Assembly (NCBI GenBank): GCA_951406725.2
Contig: OX597824.1
Span: forward strand, 6,758,001 to 6,822,000
DNA from: Octopus vulgaris
Taxonomy: Eukaryota
DNA length: 64,000 nt
Direction: 5' to 3'
Below are positions 27,131 through 40,121 of the stretch, in pieces (position 1 is the stretch's first letter; each line of letters opens with the position of its first letter). A program made the translations under genes and the position numbers. The notes beneath the pieces were generated by a model. The model was not told where the DNA came from and searched no databases. It worked only from the letters and a program-made list of their open reading frames with translations.

Positions 27131-28170
27131 AAGTTGAAGAAATTTGAATCAGGAAGAAGGAGTACGGTTGGACATTTATTTGTTATTCGCTACAATTGTT
27201 TTGATGCAATGTAGTTGTCCAAGAATACAGGTACTTGATTATGCAACTGTTTGTTTGCATAATGAGACCTAGTTGTGTTTCCTCAGGCGATATACGAGTG
27301 TTATCACTCATAGTTTAAAATCTTCTACTTCAAGGCCATCTTCTCTCTTGTGGTTTGAATTTATTACCAGCTCACATGCACATGGTGCGTGCCATGAGAG
27401 CACGTTTGTCAGGCTGTTATGTATAGTAATGGAAGGTACTGGCTGGCATTTAACCCTTTCATTACTGTATTTCTGTTGAGATGCTCTGTGTTTCTTTCAA
27501 TTACTTTAAATATAACAAAGAATATAGTAAAATAACTTAGTTATCATTCAGCTAGTGTTAGAAACATAAATTGTGACTAAGGTTTGGTGGAAGATTTTAA
27601 TTCAGAATTTTTGAAAACAAGATATTTGTACTGAGAGCCAGAGCCGGTTTCAGCTGGGTTGGTAATGAAAGGGTTAAATGTTCTTTGATTTGCCTGTATC
27701 TCTGATCTGCTCTTCATGGTTGGCTGCACATGTTAATTTCTAAAGCTGACCATTAGTTTTCAGTTGTTGGATACATACACACATACCCACACAGATACTC
27801 ACACATACACTTTCACACACAAACCCATGTATATATGCCTTATATACACATACATGCACCCACATATACATATATACATACACATACATTCCCGTACATA
27901 TGCATATATACACATCCATATTTAAACAACTATATATATATATATATATATATATACATACACATATACATACCTGTGTGCACATATATACATACACCGA
28001 TCGACATATACACCTATGTACTTATATACATATATCCTCTCAAATTTTCAGGTATATATACATACCTACATACATACATATAGGTAAGTAAGTAAACTCA
28101 GCACTTTGATTGCAGATACATTTAGTGATCCACGTGTGTATATACACACTCTTACCTATTCACACATACA
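27131..28170 (-). mobile_element. About 0.8-kb Penelope-like terminal fragment, copy 1 (HHR-like 27187-27290), interrupted by a MITE
   Basis: Inverted near-identical partner at 30195-31007. Minus strand: TCGC-CTGAGGA...(long stem II)...CAAAA-CAATTG-TA-GCGA followed by AATAAA. Confidence 0.55.
27454..27673. mobile_element. piggyBac-type MITE (220 bp) with TTAA target duplication
   Basis: Perfect TIR CCCTTTCATTAC/GTAATGAAAGGG with TTAA on both sides. The paralogous empty site (single TTAA) is at about 30686. Confidence 0.9.
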
Positions 28171-28266
28171 CACACAAAAACATATAGACATATCTCTCTA
28201 CTTAACTCTGATCTTATGTGCTGTCACTTACACGATCACTCCCATGGATGTAGATATACATATATG

Positions 28267-28302
<36 letters not shown>

Positions 28303-28316
28303 CATACATATATAAC

Positions 28317-28505
28317 GGGAAAGTTTACGAAAATAAACAAAAGACGAAGGCAGGTGGAGTACAAACAAATAAATGTATTAGTATAGCGCTCAGGAATAGA
28401 AATAAAACAAGTCTTTTACATTTCGAGCCTACGCTCTTCAACAGAAAGATACACAGAAAAGAAACAAGGAGAGAAAAGAAATGTGTGTGGGAGCTAACGA
28501 TCTAT
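28317..28505 (-). mobile_element. Penelope-like terminal fragment with HHR-like motif (28412-28449)
   Basis: Minus strand: TCTTT-CTGTTGA-A-GAGC-GTAG-GCTC-GAAA-TG-TA-AAAGA. Inserted in (TA)n. Partial related copy at 40732-40790. Confidence 0.55.
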
Positions 28506-28835
28506 ATATATATACACATATCCACACATATCCATACATACATATAAAAACATATACATATTCACACATACCGACACACATATATATATATCTCCACACA
28601 TATACTCATACACATCCAAGCATACATACACTTACACATAGACTATAATAAATTCATACAAATATACACATACATATATAGACATGCACACACACACATA
28701 TAGATATTCATATCCATACACATGCACACACGTGTAGACATAAATACACATATGTACACAAATATATACCTACATATACACTCATATGGATATACATACA
28801 TATATTTACATGCATAAATACAAATACACACACAG

Positions 28836-28899
<64 letters not shown>

Positions 28900-28961
28900 G
28901 CCCGTGTGGGCAGCCATCTAAAAGTTTTTGTTCGTCATGATGCTGACATAAGTTCCTTGTC

Positions 28962-29042
28962 TTTCCTGATGAGAAGGCGGCATAATGCACCCTTTATTCC
29001 CTCGGAATTAAGAATATGCAGTCTTCGAAACATATGTCGAGA
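28962..29042 (+). ncRNA. Minimal type-I hammerhead ribozyme with fully canonical core
   Basis: TTTC-CTGATGA-GAAGGC(gGCATA...TATGCa)GTCTTC-GAAA-CATATG-TC-GAGA. Palindromic stem III ACATATGT, GUC cleavage triplet, AATAAA immediately downstream. Confidence 0.72.
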
Positions 29043-29234
29043 ATAAAGGAATTTTGTTAAATCGTCGTTCGACTCCATTCTTTCATTTATCTATAGTAAA
29101 AACACACAAATTTCCACACGAAAGCACGTGATTTCTGCCCTTGGCATGTAGCTTCAACCGTGCTTTCTGACGTAAATTTGCTGCCCGGGTATTGGTTAAC
29201 CGAATTATCCATACTAGGATAATTCATTCAACTA

Positions 29235-29272
<38 letters not shown>

Positions 29273-29498
29273 CACAAACAGTAGATGCTTCCATGGACTG
29301 TAGACATATGGATGGGTAACCATACATATTAATAACACGATCACAATCCAACAGGGAATTTACTTAATTAATACTAATTATTATTCATAATATTATTTGA
29401 CAGTATTGGGTCCACAGGGATTACATAGAGACACCACGTGCCTATGTGTAGGTGTACATATGTGTAGTTATGCCTAGGCATGCGTGCATATGCATGGG

Positions 29499-29558
<60 letters not shown>

Positions 29559-29774
29559 GTGTGTGTAAGCGTGTGCATGTCTAAGTGTGTGTGTGTATCT
29601 ATGTGAAAGGGAGACTATGGGTGTACATAAATCAATGTACATGTATATATATATGCACATATATATTTATATGCGTGTGTATGCATATGTTTATATTCGT
29701 ATGTATGAACATGAATGTGTGGGTGAAAATATAAAGATATTTATATGGATATATATGTGTGTGTGTAGGTATGT

Positions 29775-30128
29775 GTTCTTTTACTTGTTTCAGTCATTGG
29801 ACTGCAGCCATTAGTCAAAGAAATCGACCCCAGGACTTATTCTTTAGAAGCCTAGTACTTATTCTATCGGTCTCTTTTGCCGAACCACTACATTGAAGGG
29901 ACGTAAACACACCAGCATCGGTTGTCATCGACAGTGGGGGGACAAACACTAAATCACACACACACATATATACAACAGGCTTCTTTCAGTTTCCATCAAC
30001 TAAATCCTCTCACAAGGCTTTGGTCAGCCCAAAGCTATAGCAGAAGACACTTGCCCATGGTGCCATGCAGTGGGACTGAACCTAGGACCATGTGGCTGGC
30101 AAGCAAGCTACTTACCACACAGCCACTC
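29775..30128 (-). mobile_element. SINE family A
   Basis: Reverse complement of the 15126-15528 element. Confidence 0.8.
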
Positions 30129-30194
30129 CATATGTATATCTACAATCTATGGGAGTGATCATTTAAGAAACAGTTAAATAGAGAGATACGTGTG

Positions 30195-31007
30195 TGAGTG
30201 TATGTGTGTGTGTGTATGTGTGAGTAAGAGTGTGTATATACAGGCACACTTTACTAAATGTATGTGCAAGTCAAAGTGCTGAGTTTACTTACTTATCTAT
30301 GTGTATGTATGTAGGTATGTATATATATATATACCCAAAAATGCAAGAGGATATATGTATATAAGTAGATGGGTGTAAGTATATATGTATGTGCACATGT
30401 ATGAATATGTTTATGTGTATTTATAAATATATAGTTGCATAACTATGGATGTGTATATACGTATATGTATGGGAAAGTATGCGTATATATGTATATGTGG
30501 GTGCATGTATGTGTATATAAAGACATATACATACATGGGTTTGTGTGTGAAAGTGTATGTGTGAGTATCTGTGTGGGTATGTGTGTATGTATCCGGCAAC
30601 TGAATACTAATGGGCAGCTTTAGAAATTAACATGTGCAGCCAACCATGAAGAGCAGATCAGAGATACAGGCAAATAGAAGAACATTTAAATGCCAGCCAG
30701 TACCATCCATTACTATACATAACAGCCTGACAAATGTGCTCTCATGGCACGCACCATGTGCATGTGAGCTGGTAATAAATTCAAACCACAACAGAGAAGA
30801 TGGCCTTGAAGTAGAAGATTTTAAACTATGAGTGATAACACTCGTATATCGCATGAGGAAACACAACTAGATCTCATTATGCAAACAAACAGTTGCATAA
30901 TCAAGTACCTGTATTCTTGGACAACTACATTGCATCAAAACAATTGTAGCGAATAACAAATAAATGTCCAACCATACTCCTTCTTCCTGATTCTAATTCC
31001 TTCAATT
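30195..31007 (+). mobile_element. About 0.8-kb Penelope-like terminal fragment, copy 2 (HHR-like 30849-30952)
   Basis: Reverse complement of 27131-28170 without the MITE. TCGC-ATGAGGA...CAAAA-CAATTG-TA-GCGA. Confidence 0.55.
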
Positions 31008-31147
31008 ATATATTCACACACAGCGAATGCCCAAATTTAAACTTGCAAGTATATAATAATACTGCCCATAGTACTAGGTAATTCTGAAGGTGGACAACCT
31101 TTCAACTGTACTCTACCACATTTCTAACAGAATAAAGCATAACCTCT

Positions 31148-31199
<52 letters not shown>

Positions 31200-31372
31200 A
31201 TTTATATTCATGTTTTTTAATAATTACTTGTGTCCTTATTTTATATGCATAGAATAATATGCTATTTGTATGTATGTTATAATAATTATCAGTTCAATAA
31301 AAAAATAAGTTAACATTTTTAATGTCCTAAAGTTGATGAACCAACTATTGTTCTCCTCCATTTTCTTATTTG

Positions 31373-31409
<37 letters not shown>

Positions 31410-31711
31410 CTATATATATATATATTATATAAATTACAAAAAATAATTTAAATAGAGAAATACAAAGGACAATCTAACAGTTTATTATATTATATTATAA
31501 TATAATATAAAAGAACACACACACGTATATTAATGATTGTTTTTATTGCGAAGTTATAAAAACAAATTTACATTAAACTAATGAATTACCTTTGTAGAGT
31601 ACATACGTTTTATTCTTTAACATACATGCACTCAGACACTTGCTAGTGTGTGTGTGTGTGTGTATGAGTGCATGCACGCATGTATGTAAGATAGATTGGG
31701 TCTGATTTATG

Positions 31712-32092
31712 TAGGCACAGGAGTGGCTGTGTGGTAGGTAGATTGCTTACCAACCACATGGTTCCAGGTTCAAGTCCCACTGCATGGCAAGTGTCTTCTA
31801 CTATGGCCTCGGGACGACCAAAGCCTTGTGAGTGGATTTGGTGTACGGAAACTGAAAGAAGCCTGTCATATATATGTATATGTATATATATATATGTGTA
31901 TGTTTGTGTGTCTGTGTTTGTCCCCACAACATCGCTTGACAACCGATGCTGGTGTGCTTACGTCCCCATAACTTAGCGGTTCAGCCAAAGTGACCGATAG
32001 AATAAGGCTCCCAAAGAATAAGTCCTGGGGTTGATTTGCTCGACTAAAGGTGGTGCTCCAGCATGGCCACAGTCAAATGACTGAAAGAGTAT
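31712..32092 (+). mobile_element. SINE family A
   Basis: Full head-to-tail match to the other copies. Confidence 0.85.
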
Positions 32093-32481
32093 ACAACATG
32101 CATATACACATGAATATACTCAAAGATCATGTAGCATAAATGTGTGTGAATATGTGTGTGTACATCTATGTTTGTGCACACTCATGCCTATATGTATGTA
32201 TATACATACATAAATACATGTTAACAGACAATATTTCTGGGTGTTCTTCACACAAAATACAAGTAAAAAAACATTGGTACCAATGGAAATACCAACGTTT
32301 CATAGAAATTCTCAGTGGCATCTAATGTGGGACAGCTTATCTTAGAGAGATCCTGATCAATGGAAACTGCACTGGCAGCGAAGATTAAAGAGAGAAGAGT
32401 GACTTGAGGTGATAAAATACTTGAAAGATACTGAAAGCAAAGATGAGAAGGTTGGCAGTTTGGCAGGGTCAGACGAGAGAA

Positions 32482-32524
<43 letters not shown>

Positions 32525-33700
32525 AAGACAGACCATCGTATTTCCAAAGACCGAAGCATACATATATATCTGTAGGTTGACGAGTTTAATATCCGATAGA
32601 TGCAGCGTCTGCTTGCAAGTTGGACATTATTTAAAGGTGATAGAGTGATCACCGACCAGTTTGTCTTGTGAACTTTAAGATTTAGATTTTCTACAGAATT
32701 TAGAAATAATCAATAATATATGTTAAATGGTTGACATAAAGTAAAGCCATTATTTATAATCTGCAAATACTTTTAGCAAAATTTTAAGGATGGTCTGCAG
32801 ATGAACAAACAGTAAGTATATCTTGCTGTCTTTGAAAACATACTCATAATATACTGACAAAGTTTGTCAGGTATAAAATTAGAAACATTCGTTAGAAACA
32901 AATTCTGAAGAAGCTGAGGTAGAAATGATACAATAAAAACTGAATGTTCATTTTGATTTACTTTCCATGTCAGTTATTTATATTCTTTCACTGGAAGGGA
33001 ACACTGTTTATTTTTGGGTTTATTTACGCATGTGACTTTTGAACTCCGCAAGATTAACACATTGCTACGGTGCTTTTATCTTGATTGACAGTTGTAATCC
33101 TTCCCCAAACAGAGATAAATATATCTGGCAAGATGCAAAGTTTTTCTTTCATGAAATATCAAAGACAACCATCTGGCCAACAGGCATATGTTCGATTCTT
33201 TCTCTAGCCAGAAGTTCTAAACAAAAACATTTCGGACACTGACAACCGAAATAAAATTGAAGCCTTATAAATCTAAACACTAGGGTTAAGAATTTTGACA
33301 GCTTATAGTTTAGTGGAATTCATTCCTTGTAAAAAATATTAAAAAGTAGGGAAGACTTTGGAAACATTTCAAAAATAGAGAATAAATTCTAGCTGAGAGA
33401 TTTCAAAGAAAGCACAAATGCAGTTGAAAAGGTATTCCTTACTTACTGATGATGGTTCAAATGTTGGGCCCATCATCACAGAGTTTTAGGTTTGATTTCT
33501 GGACTGAGTGGCACCCTTAAGTAAGAATGTGCTGCTCCATTCTGCTCACCTGAAATGAGTGGGAACCCAGTACTAGAGCAGGCTCCCTTTCCTTCCAGTT
33601 GTGACACCCTAACTATTCTTCAGGATCAGGAGTGAGAGGGCTGAGATGTCTGCTTGTAACTATATAAACAACTATAATAATTAGCCAAAGCAATTAACAT

Positions 33701-33882
33701 CAGTGTTATTTTAAGGCAAGGAAACACTAAGCAGTTGCCCAGGGGCACCACAGGTCTAGTGGCACCATGGGTCTTCGGACCCTATTCTCAGCTATGCTGT
33801 GACTTGCTGTCAATAAGTAAATCCTGTAGGACCCATTGTATTGATTTAGCCACAAACATATAATGCTACTAAAATGGCCCTG
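33701..33882. mobile_element. Possible old hAT-like MITE
   Basis: Imperfect TIR CAGTGTTATTTTA / TAAAATGGCCCTG with weakly similar 8-bp flanks. Confidence 0.3.
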
Positions 33883-34836
33883 ACTAATGTGTTATCGAAT
33901 CAGCTTCAATCATAAATGATGGCTATAATAGCTTATCAAGTTCTTTTTTATAAAACTTCAGTGGTAGAAAAACCTTCAAACTGTATGACATTCCTACAAA
34001 AGATACTGAACAAAGCAAAGTGGCTTTTAGTATTACTGTTAATGCCTGCTCCACTTGACACAAAGACTCAACCCGAATTCTGATCAGCCTTCTTTATTCT
34101 CCACTTCAGTTTTGACCTCTGCTTAGCCAAGATCACCAGTTCCTCTCTAGATTGTGTATTAACCAAGGCACAGCTCTTCCTCTTTTTGTATCTGGAACTG
34201 TCCATTTTAATGCTTGGTGTTTTAGCAAAGCTCCAGCCTGACATTGAAGTACCATTGTCATCTGCTCTTCATTATTTTTCATCAATATACGGTACTTATA
34301 CTTAGTTTCAAACCACTTTCTTTTTCACAAAATCATGGAACTGGCTTCCAAAGATTCTTTAGAGTGTTGTATTTTTATAGATCTTAAAATGATTAGCTAA
34401 AGTTTTCTAGCTAAACAATGATTGCCGTCCATAGATTAAAATGCATTTAAGAATTGACACATACAGTTTAGTTTTCAAATGAATTGACAATCAATGGGAT
34501 TTCTAAACATCTGAAAAAGATTTCTATGGCTTGATTTGCCTTAAATCTTTCATTAAATTCAATTCCTAAACATACATCCCTTTCTAGAAAAGTACCAGGA
34601 TATTTAACCCTTTTGGTATCACTCTGCCTTAGACCACCTCCGATTCTATATTCCAAACTTAACATCAAAATTTTACACTAACTTATGTTTCAAACACCGT
34701 ATTAATAAGAACAAAGTTATTTTTCTAAATGTTTCATTATTCTCCAAACGAACGGAAACAAATGTGGTGCATTTTAGCAGAAACAATGGCAACAAAGAGG
34801 TTAATCTATTAATCTTATATAACTCTTCCGGTATAT

Positions 34837-35250
34837 AGGCGCAGGAGTGGCTGTGTGGTAAGTAGCTTGCTTACCAACCACATGGTTCCGGGTTCAGTCC
34901 CACTGCGTGGCACCTTGGGCAAGTGTCTTCTAATATAGCCTTCGGCCGACCAAAGCCTTGTGAGTGGATTTGGTAGATGGAAACTGAAAGAAACCCGCCG
35001 TATATATGTATATGTATATATATATATGTGTGTGTTTGTGTGTCTGTGTTTGTCCTCCCAACATTGCTTGACAACCGATGCTGGTGTGTTTACGTCCCCG
35101 TAACTTAGCGGTTCGGCAAAAATAGATCGATGTAATAAGTACTAGGCTTTCAAAGAATAAGTCCTGGGATCGATTTGCTCGACTAAAGGCGGTGCTCCAG
35201 CATGGCCGCAGTCAAATGACTGAAACAAGTAAAAGAGTAAAAGAGAGTAA
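34837..35250 (+). mobile_element. SINE family A
   Basis: Full-length copy with (GTAAAAGA)n tail. Confidence 0.85.
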
Positions 35251-35739
35251 GGAAAACAGTATGTGTCCTTTCAATGCTATATTTTTTTTCCCAGCTTATT
35301 CACTCTTCGTAATTTTAATTTTATTCATGATTATTTCATCGAGCTTCTGTATATAATTCTTTGTTTCTTTTGCTGTTTCATTCCTAAGCAAAACAACATC
35401 ATTGGCATAATCGAATCCACCAAATATTTCCCATCCAGTTCCTTCTTATAATGCCATAAATTAACGAAGGAAATGTCAAGTAAGTGTGAACGGCCAGTTC
35501 TGAGATAAATTTGAAGCTGGGAAGAGAGTGCAAGGTTACATTTTTAGCGATTTATGCCAATCGACAATGATTCAGGATGATGGATGAGGCCAACGCATGT
35601 ATTAGGGGGGGGGGGGCTGATGAAACGGAGTTGTGTAAAACAAATGCTTTGTAATAAATTTGTATTTCGTTGAGAGATAAAATATTTGAGTTGTGATGAG
35701 TATAGACTGTCAAAACGCCAATGCAGCATCTTATAATGG

Positions 35740-35965
35740 TCTGGGTCGTTGCCAGTACCGCCTGACTGGCCCCCGTGCCAGTGGCACATAAAAATCACCC
35801 ACTACACTCTCAGAGTGGTTGGCGTTAGGAAGGGCATCCAGCTGTAGAAACTCTGCCAGATCAAGATTGGAGCCTGGTGCAGCCATCTGGTTCGCCAGAC
35901 CTCAGTCAAAATCGTCCAACCCATGCTAGCATGGAAAGTGGACGTTAAACGATGATGATGATGAT
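35740..35965 (+). mobile_element. Family C RTE 3' tail
   Basis: GTTGGCGTTAGGAAGGGCATCCAGC...GGACGTTAAACGATGATG. Confidence 0.7.
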
Positions 35966-37006
35966 CATCATCATCATTTACGGAGGATGAACAAGTTTGC
36001 AAAACTGTCATACTGGAAGCAGATGTTATTTGAGAGTAAAAAACAAGGGTGATGTCATATATCTGAGTGTGGGTGTTAAATGTGGGTGTTTAACCCCTGC
36101 AATGCTCAGCCCTTATTGTGGTGGGGTGGCTTACATGCCTCAGTGACCCTCTGAGCTATGTCAGCAGAGTACAAGTTCTTGGTAAGGTTTCCCATGCTAG
36201 ACAAGTCAAATGACAGAGGCCAGGCTAATATGAACCACCTCTACCTAAAGGTGAAAACGAGTTTGTGGAGGGTTAAGCTGCAAAAGCATTGAAGATAATT
36301 CATTACAATAATACCCGGGAGAAGAAACCCTTTATTAAGGGAAGCAGCCAAAAGATAACCCAGACTTGAGGACAAAAGAGAAAAGTCTTAAATGGCTTCT
36401 GCTTCAGAGTGAGCGAAGGGCTAAGTAAATAACATTGATCAACCTGAATTTAGAACTATGTCTGAGGTTGAAAACATTCCAGAAGTGACTATCTCACCTG
36501 GTTTCTGGACACAATGTATCTAATATTACATTACTCAATGTGTCTCTTTTTAAGATGATAGGAAGGGATTTGAGGGAGATTTCGAAAATTAATCAACCAC
36601 GTGGACCTCCCTAATTAAAACTGGAGGTGATTCAGAGTTGCTCATTAATTAAGGAGAATGTCAAACCAATAGGACAGAATTATTCATGAGTTGATTAAGT
36701 ACTTCGTTAAGACACACTGCCAAGGATTGAATAGAAATACAGCTTTCAATTAAGGTGTTTAGTTTCAGGTAAACCAAAAGGATATGCTTGAGTAAGTGTT
36801 TTCTTCTATTAGTTTCTGGCTGACCAATGTCTTGTCAATGGATTTGGTAGACAGAAACTGAAAGAAGCCTGACTGTATGTGTGTGTGTAAACAAACTTTC
36901 TATATGCTTTTGGTGTGAATGGATTTCTTTATACAGCGCCATTTTTACAATCCTGTAAATATTAATATCTATTATTATTATAATAATATCTAATAATAAT
37001 ATCTAT

Positions 37007-37422
37007 AGGCGCAGGAGTGGCTGTGTGGTAAGTAGCTTGCTAACCAACCACATGGTTCTGGGTTCAGTCCCACTGCGCGGCATCTTGGGCAAGTGTCTTC
37101 TGCTATAGCCCCGGGCTGACCAATGCCTTGTGAGTGGATTTGGTAGACGGAAACTGAAAGAAGCCCGTCGTATATATGTATATATATATGTATGTGTGTG
37201 TATGTGTTTGTCCCCCTAGCATTGCTTGACAACCGATGGTGGTGTGTTTACGTCCTCGTCACTTAGCGGTTCGGCAAAAGAGACCGATAGAATAAGTACT
37301 GGGCTTACAAAGAATAAGTCCCGAGGTCGATTTGCTCGACTAAATAAAAGGCGGTGCTCCAGCATGGCCGCAGTCAAATGACTGAAACAAGTAAAAGAGT
37401 AAAAGAGTAAAAAGAGTAAAGA
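37007..37422 (+). mobile_element. SINE family A
   Basis: Full-length copy with (GTAAAAGA)n tail. Confidence 0.85.
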
Positions 37423-38257
37423 GATTATATCTGTTAGAAGCCAGTTCTTGCTTGATTTTTACCAACCGCAAGAGTTTTTTTTTTTATTTTGGTTTATTTT
37501 ATTGATTAAGATTTGAAACAATACAGAAGTACACCATTAACGAATCTTAAAAACGTTCCCCCTAATTAGACACCATATGTCTGACTTGTTGACAGTTATC
37601 ATTTTTCTTTGGCCTTATCTCTCTTGTTTACACAGTATGACTCTTTAATGTATACCACAAACAGCTTCACTTCTTTTTGTCATCATCACTTCCAACATCT
37701 GTATATATTCATGATAACATCTAAATTAACAATAAAGACTGATTACGTCTCTTTAATTTCAGGTCATCAAGAGGTTATTATGTGTCTTACATTTCAGACT
37801 CTACTATCACAGCTGTCCAAATTCTTAAACTCCACATCCTTATGCTGCCTATTACTTTTTAAACTGTCAATTCATGATTAATTCATCCGAAAAACCCTCT
37901 GTCCCTTTGCCAGCTGACACACCATCGTTATTTATATACATTTAGAGACGTCACAATCATCACAATTCAGCTATTATGACAGGAACCAGAACATAAATCT
38001 CTTTGCCAATTTCTAGTTATTAATCTTAATTAGCTCTACATAGACTGTTAAACATCTTGTCATTCTAATTGTTGGATCGACGGCTAATAGTAAAATAACA
38101 TTTTTCTTGGGTTTCCTGAGTTTTTTTTTTCTTTCTCCATCAATTTCCTACTCCATCTGATACAATTCACTTGAAATATTACCTAACTTAGAATCGTAGA
38201 CTAAATCATTCAAGTTATTTAATCAATCAATGTCGGGCTTCTGATATCAGTTGTGTG

Positions 38258-38570
38258 AAGGTGCATGGCTCAGTGGTTAGAGCATCGAGCTTACGATCAT
38301 GAGGTTGTGAGTTCAAATCCCGGACTGGGCTGCGTGTTGTGTTCTTTAGCAAGACACTTTATTTCACATTGCTCCAGTTCACTCAGCTGTAGAAATGAGT
38401 TGCGACATCACTGGCGCCAAGCTGTATCAGCCTTTGCCTTTCCCTTGGATAACACTGGTGGCATGGAGAGGGGAGGCCGGTATGCATGGGTGACTGCTGG
38501 CCTTCCATAAAACAACCTTGCCCGGACTTGTGCCTGGGAGGGTAACTTTCTAGGAGCAGTCCCATGGTCA
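38258..38570 (+). mobile_element. tRNA-derived SINE (separate family; relative at 50345-50520)
   Basis: TGGCTCAGTGGTTAGAGC...GAGTTCAAATCCC box A/B head. Body shared with the 50345 copy. Confidence 0.7.
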
Positions 38571-38574
38571 GCAG

Positions 38575-39083
38575 AATTTGAACTCTGAACGTAAAAACAG
38601 ATGAAATATCACTAAGCATTTCATCCGGCATGCTAGCGTTTCTTATTTCTTTACTGCCCACAAGGGGCTAAACATAGAGGAGACAAACAAGGACAGACAA
38701 AGGGATTAAGTCGATTATATCGACACCAGTGCATAACTGGTACTTATTTAATTGGCCCCAAATGGATGGGAGGCAAAGTCGACCTCAGCAAAATTTGAAC
38801 TCAGAAAGTAGCGTTCGCCCAGAGTGCTAACATTTCTGCCAGCTCGCCGCCTTACAATTGATAAATATTCTTTTCTACTCTAGGTACAATGTCCAAAATT
38901 TTTGGGGAGGGGGCTAGTTGGTTAAATCAACCCCAGTATGCAACTGGTACTTAATTTATCGACTCCGATAGGATGGAAAGCAAAGTCGACCTTGGTGGAA
39001 TTTGAACTCAGAACGTAAAGACAGGTGAAATACCGCTAAGCATTTCACCTGGCATGCTAACATTTCTGCCTGCTCCCCACCTT
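38575..39083 (-). mobile_element. SINE family B cluster
   Basis: Reverse complement of the 21769 family, two to three pieces. Confidence 0.75.
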
Positions 39084-40090
39084 AGAAAGACAACAATATT
39101 AATAATTAGATGGTTTCTAGGAAGAATTTACTTGTTTATTAACCATATCTTTTAAAAGCTAATTCAAACTTATTTAATATATCCGACATAAATATTCCCA
39201 GTTTGTGAAATATATACGTGGAAAAAATAAAACAAAAATAAAATAAGGAAGTCGTGATATCACTGAAAAATTAAGAATGGGAAGAAAGAAAGAATTTTAT
39301 TATATGGAATAATTTCTGAAGAGTGAAGATGTTAGAATAAATGATACAGTGAAGAAGAAGAACAACAACATTGAAAACCAAAAAAATAAAAATTAAAAAT
39401 TAAAAAATAAAAATAAAAATAAACAAGTTTTTAGCTGTTGATATGAAAAATGCCATTCATTTCAATGCCGATGATGATTTTAGCTCAAGACATTTGGAAA
39501 ATTAACTCATATTGAGAAAGATTTCTGCTTTTTTTTTTTTTTTTTCTGTTCTTTTATGAAAATTTGGTTTTATCATGAGCAGCGTAATTTTTGCTTGGAT
39601 TATCAATAATATGTTTGTATTAACAACAACAAACATATTTTGCAGAGATTTATCAAATCATGTCTCGTATTTTTCACTTACATTCTTGAAATTCAAAATG
39701 GTATTTGAATGGCAGTTGGATTTTCTATGTAACCGTTAAAAAGAGATTGCAAACAAATTTTTGACACATTCCTGAAAAAGGTTTTTATATTATCTCTTCA
39801 AAAATTCTCATGAAACCAACAAACAAACGAACAAAACGAACAGAAGAATACAAAACCATTTTATATGAATGTAATATTCTAAAACAAAAATAATGAAAAG
39901 TCGTTAAAGGAGTTCTTGAAGCAATAGGTGAAGACAGGAAAATATTGATACATCAGGTAATTACAAATTTCAGAGTCCAGGTTCATTAAGTGATAAATTA
40001 AAAACGAAATAAATTGAAAGCAGATTTCTAGAATTCACTAAATGTTTCTAAAGAAGAACTCAGAAAACTGAAGTATATGAATATCACACC

Positions 40091-40121
<31 letters not shown>

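Noticed and set aside
30634-30831. Duplicated 65-79 aa ORFs (also 27273-27479) as a small gene pair
   Set aside because: They lie within the inverted repeat arms, one is disrupted by a MITE, and no domain is recognisable.
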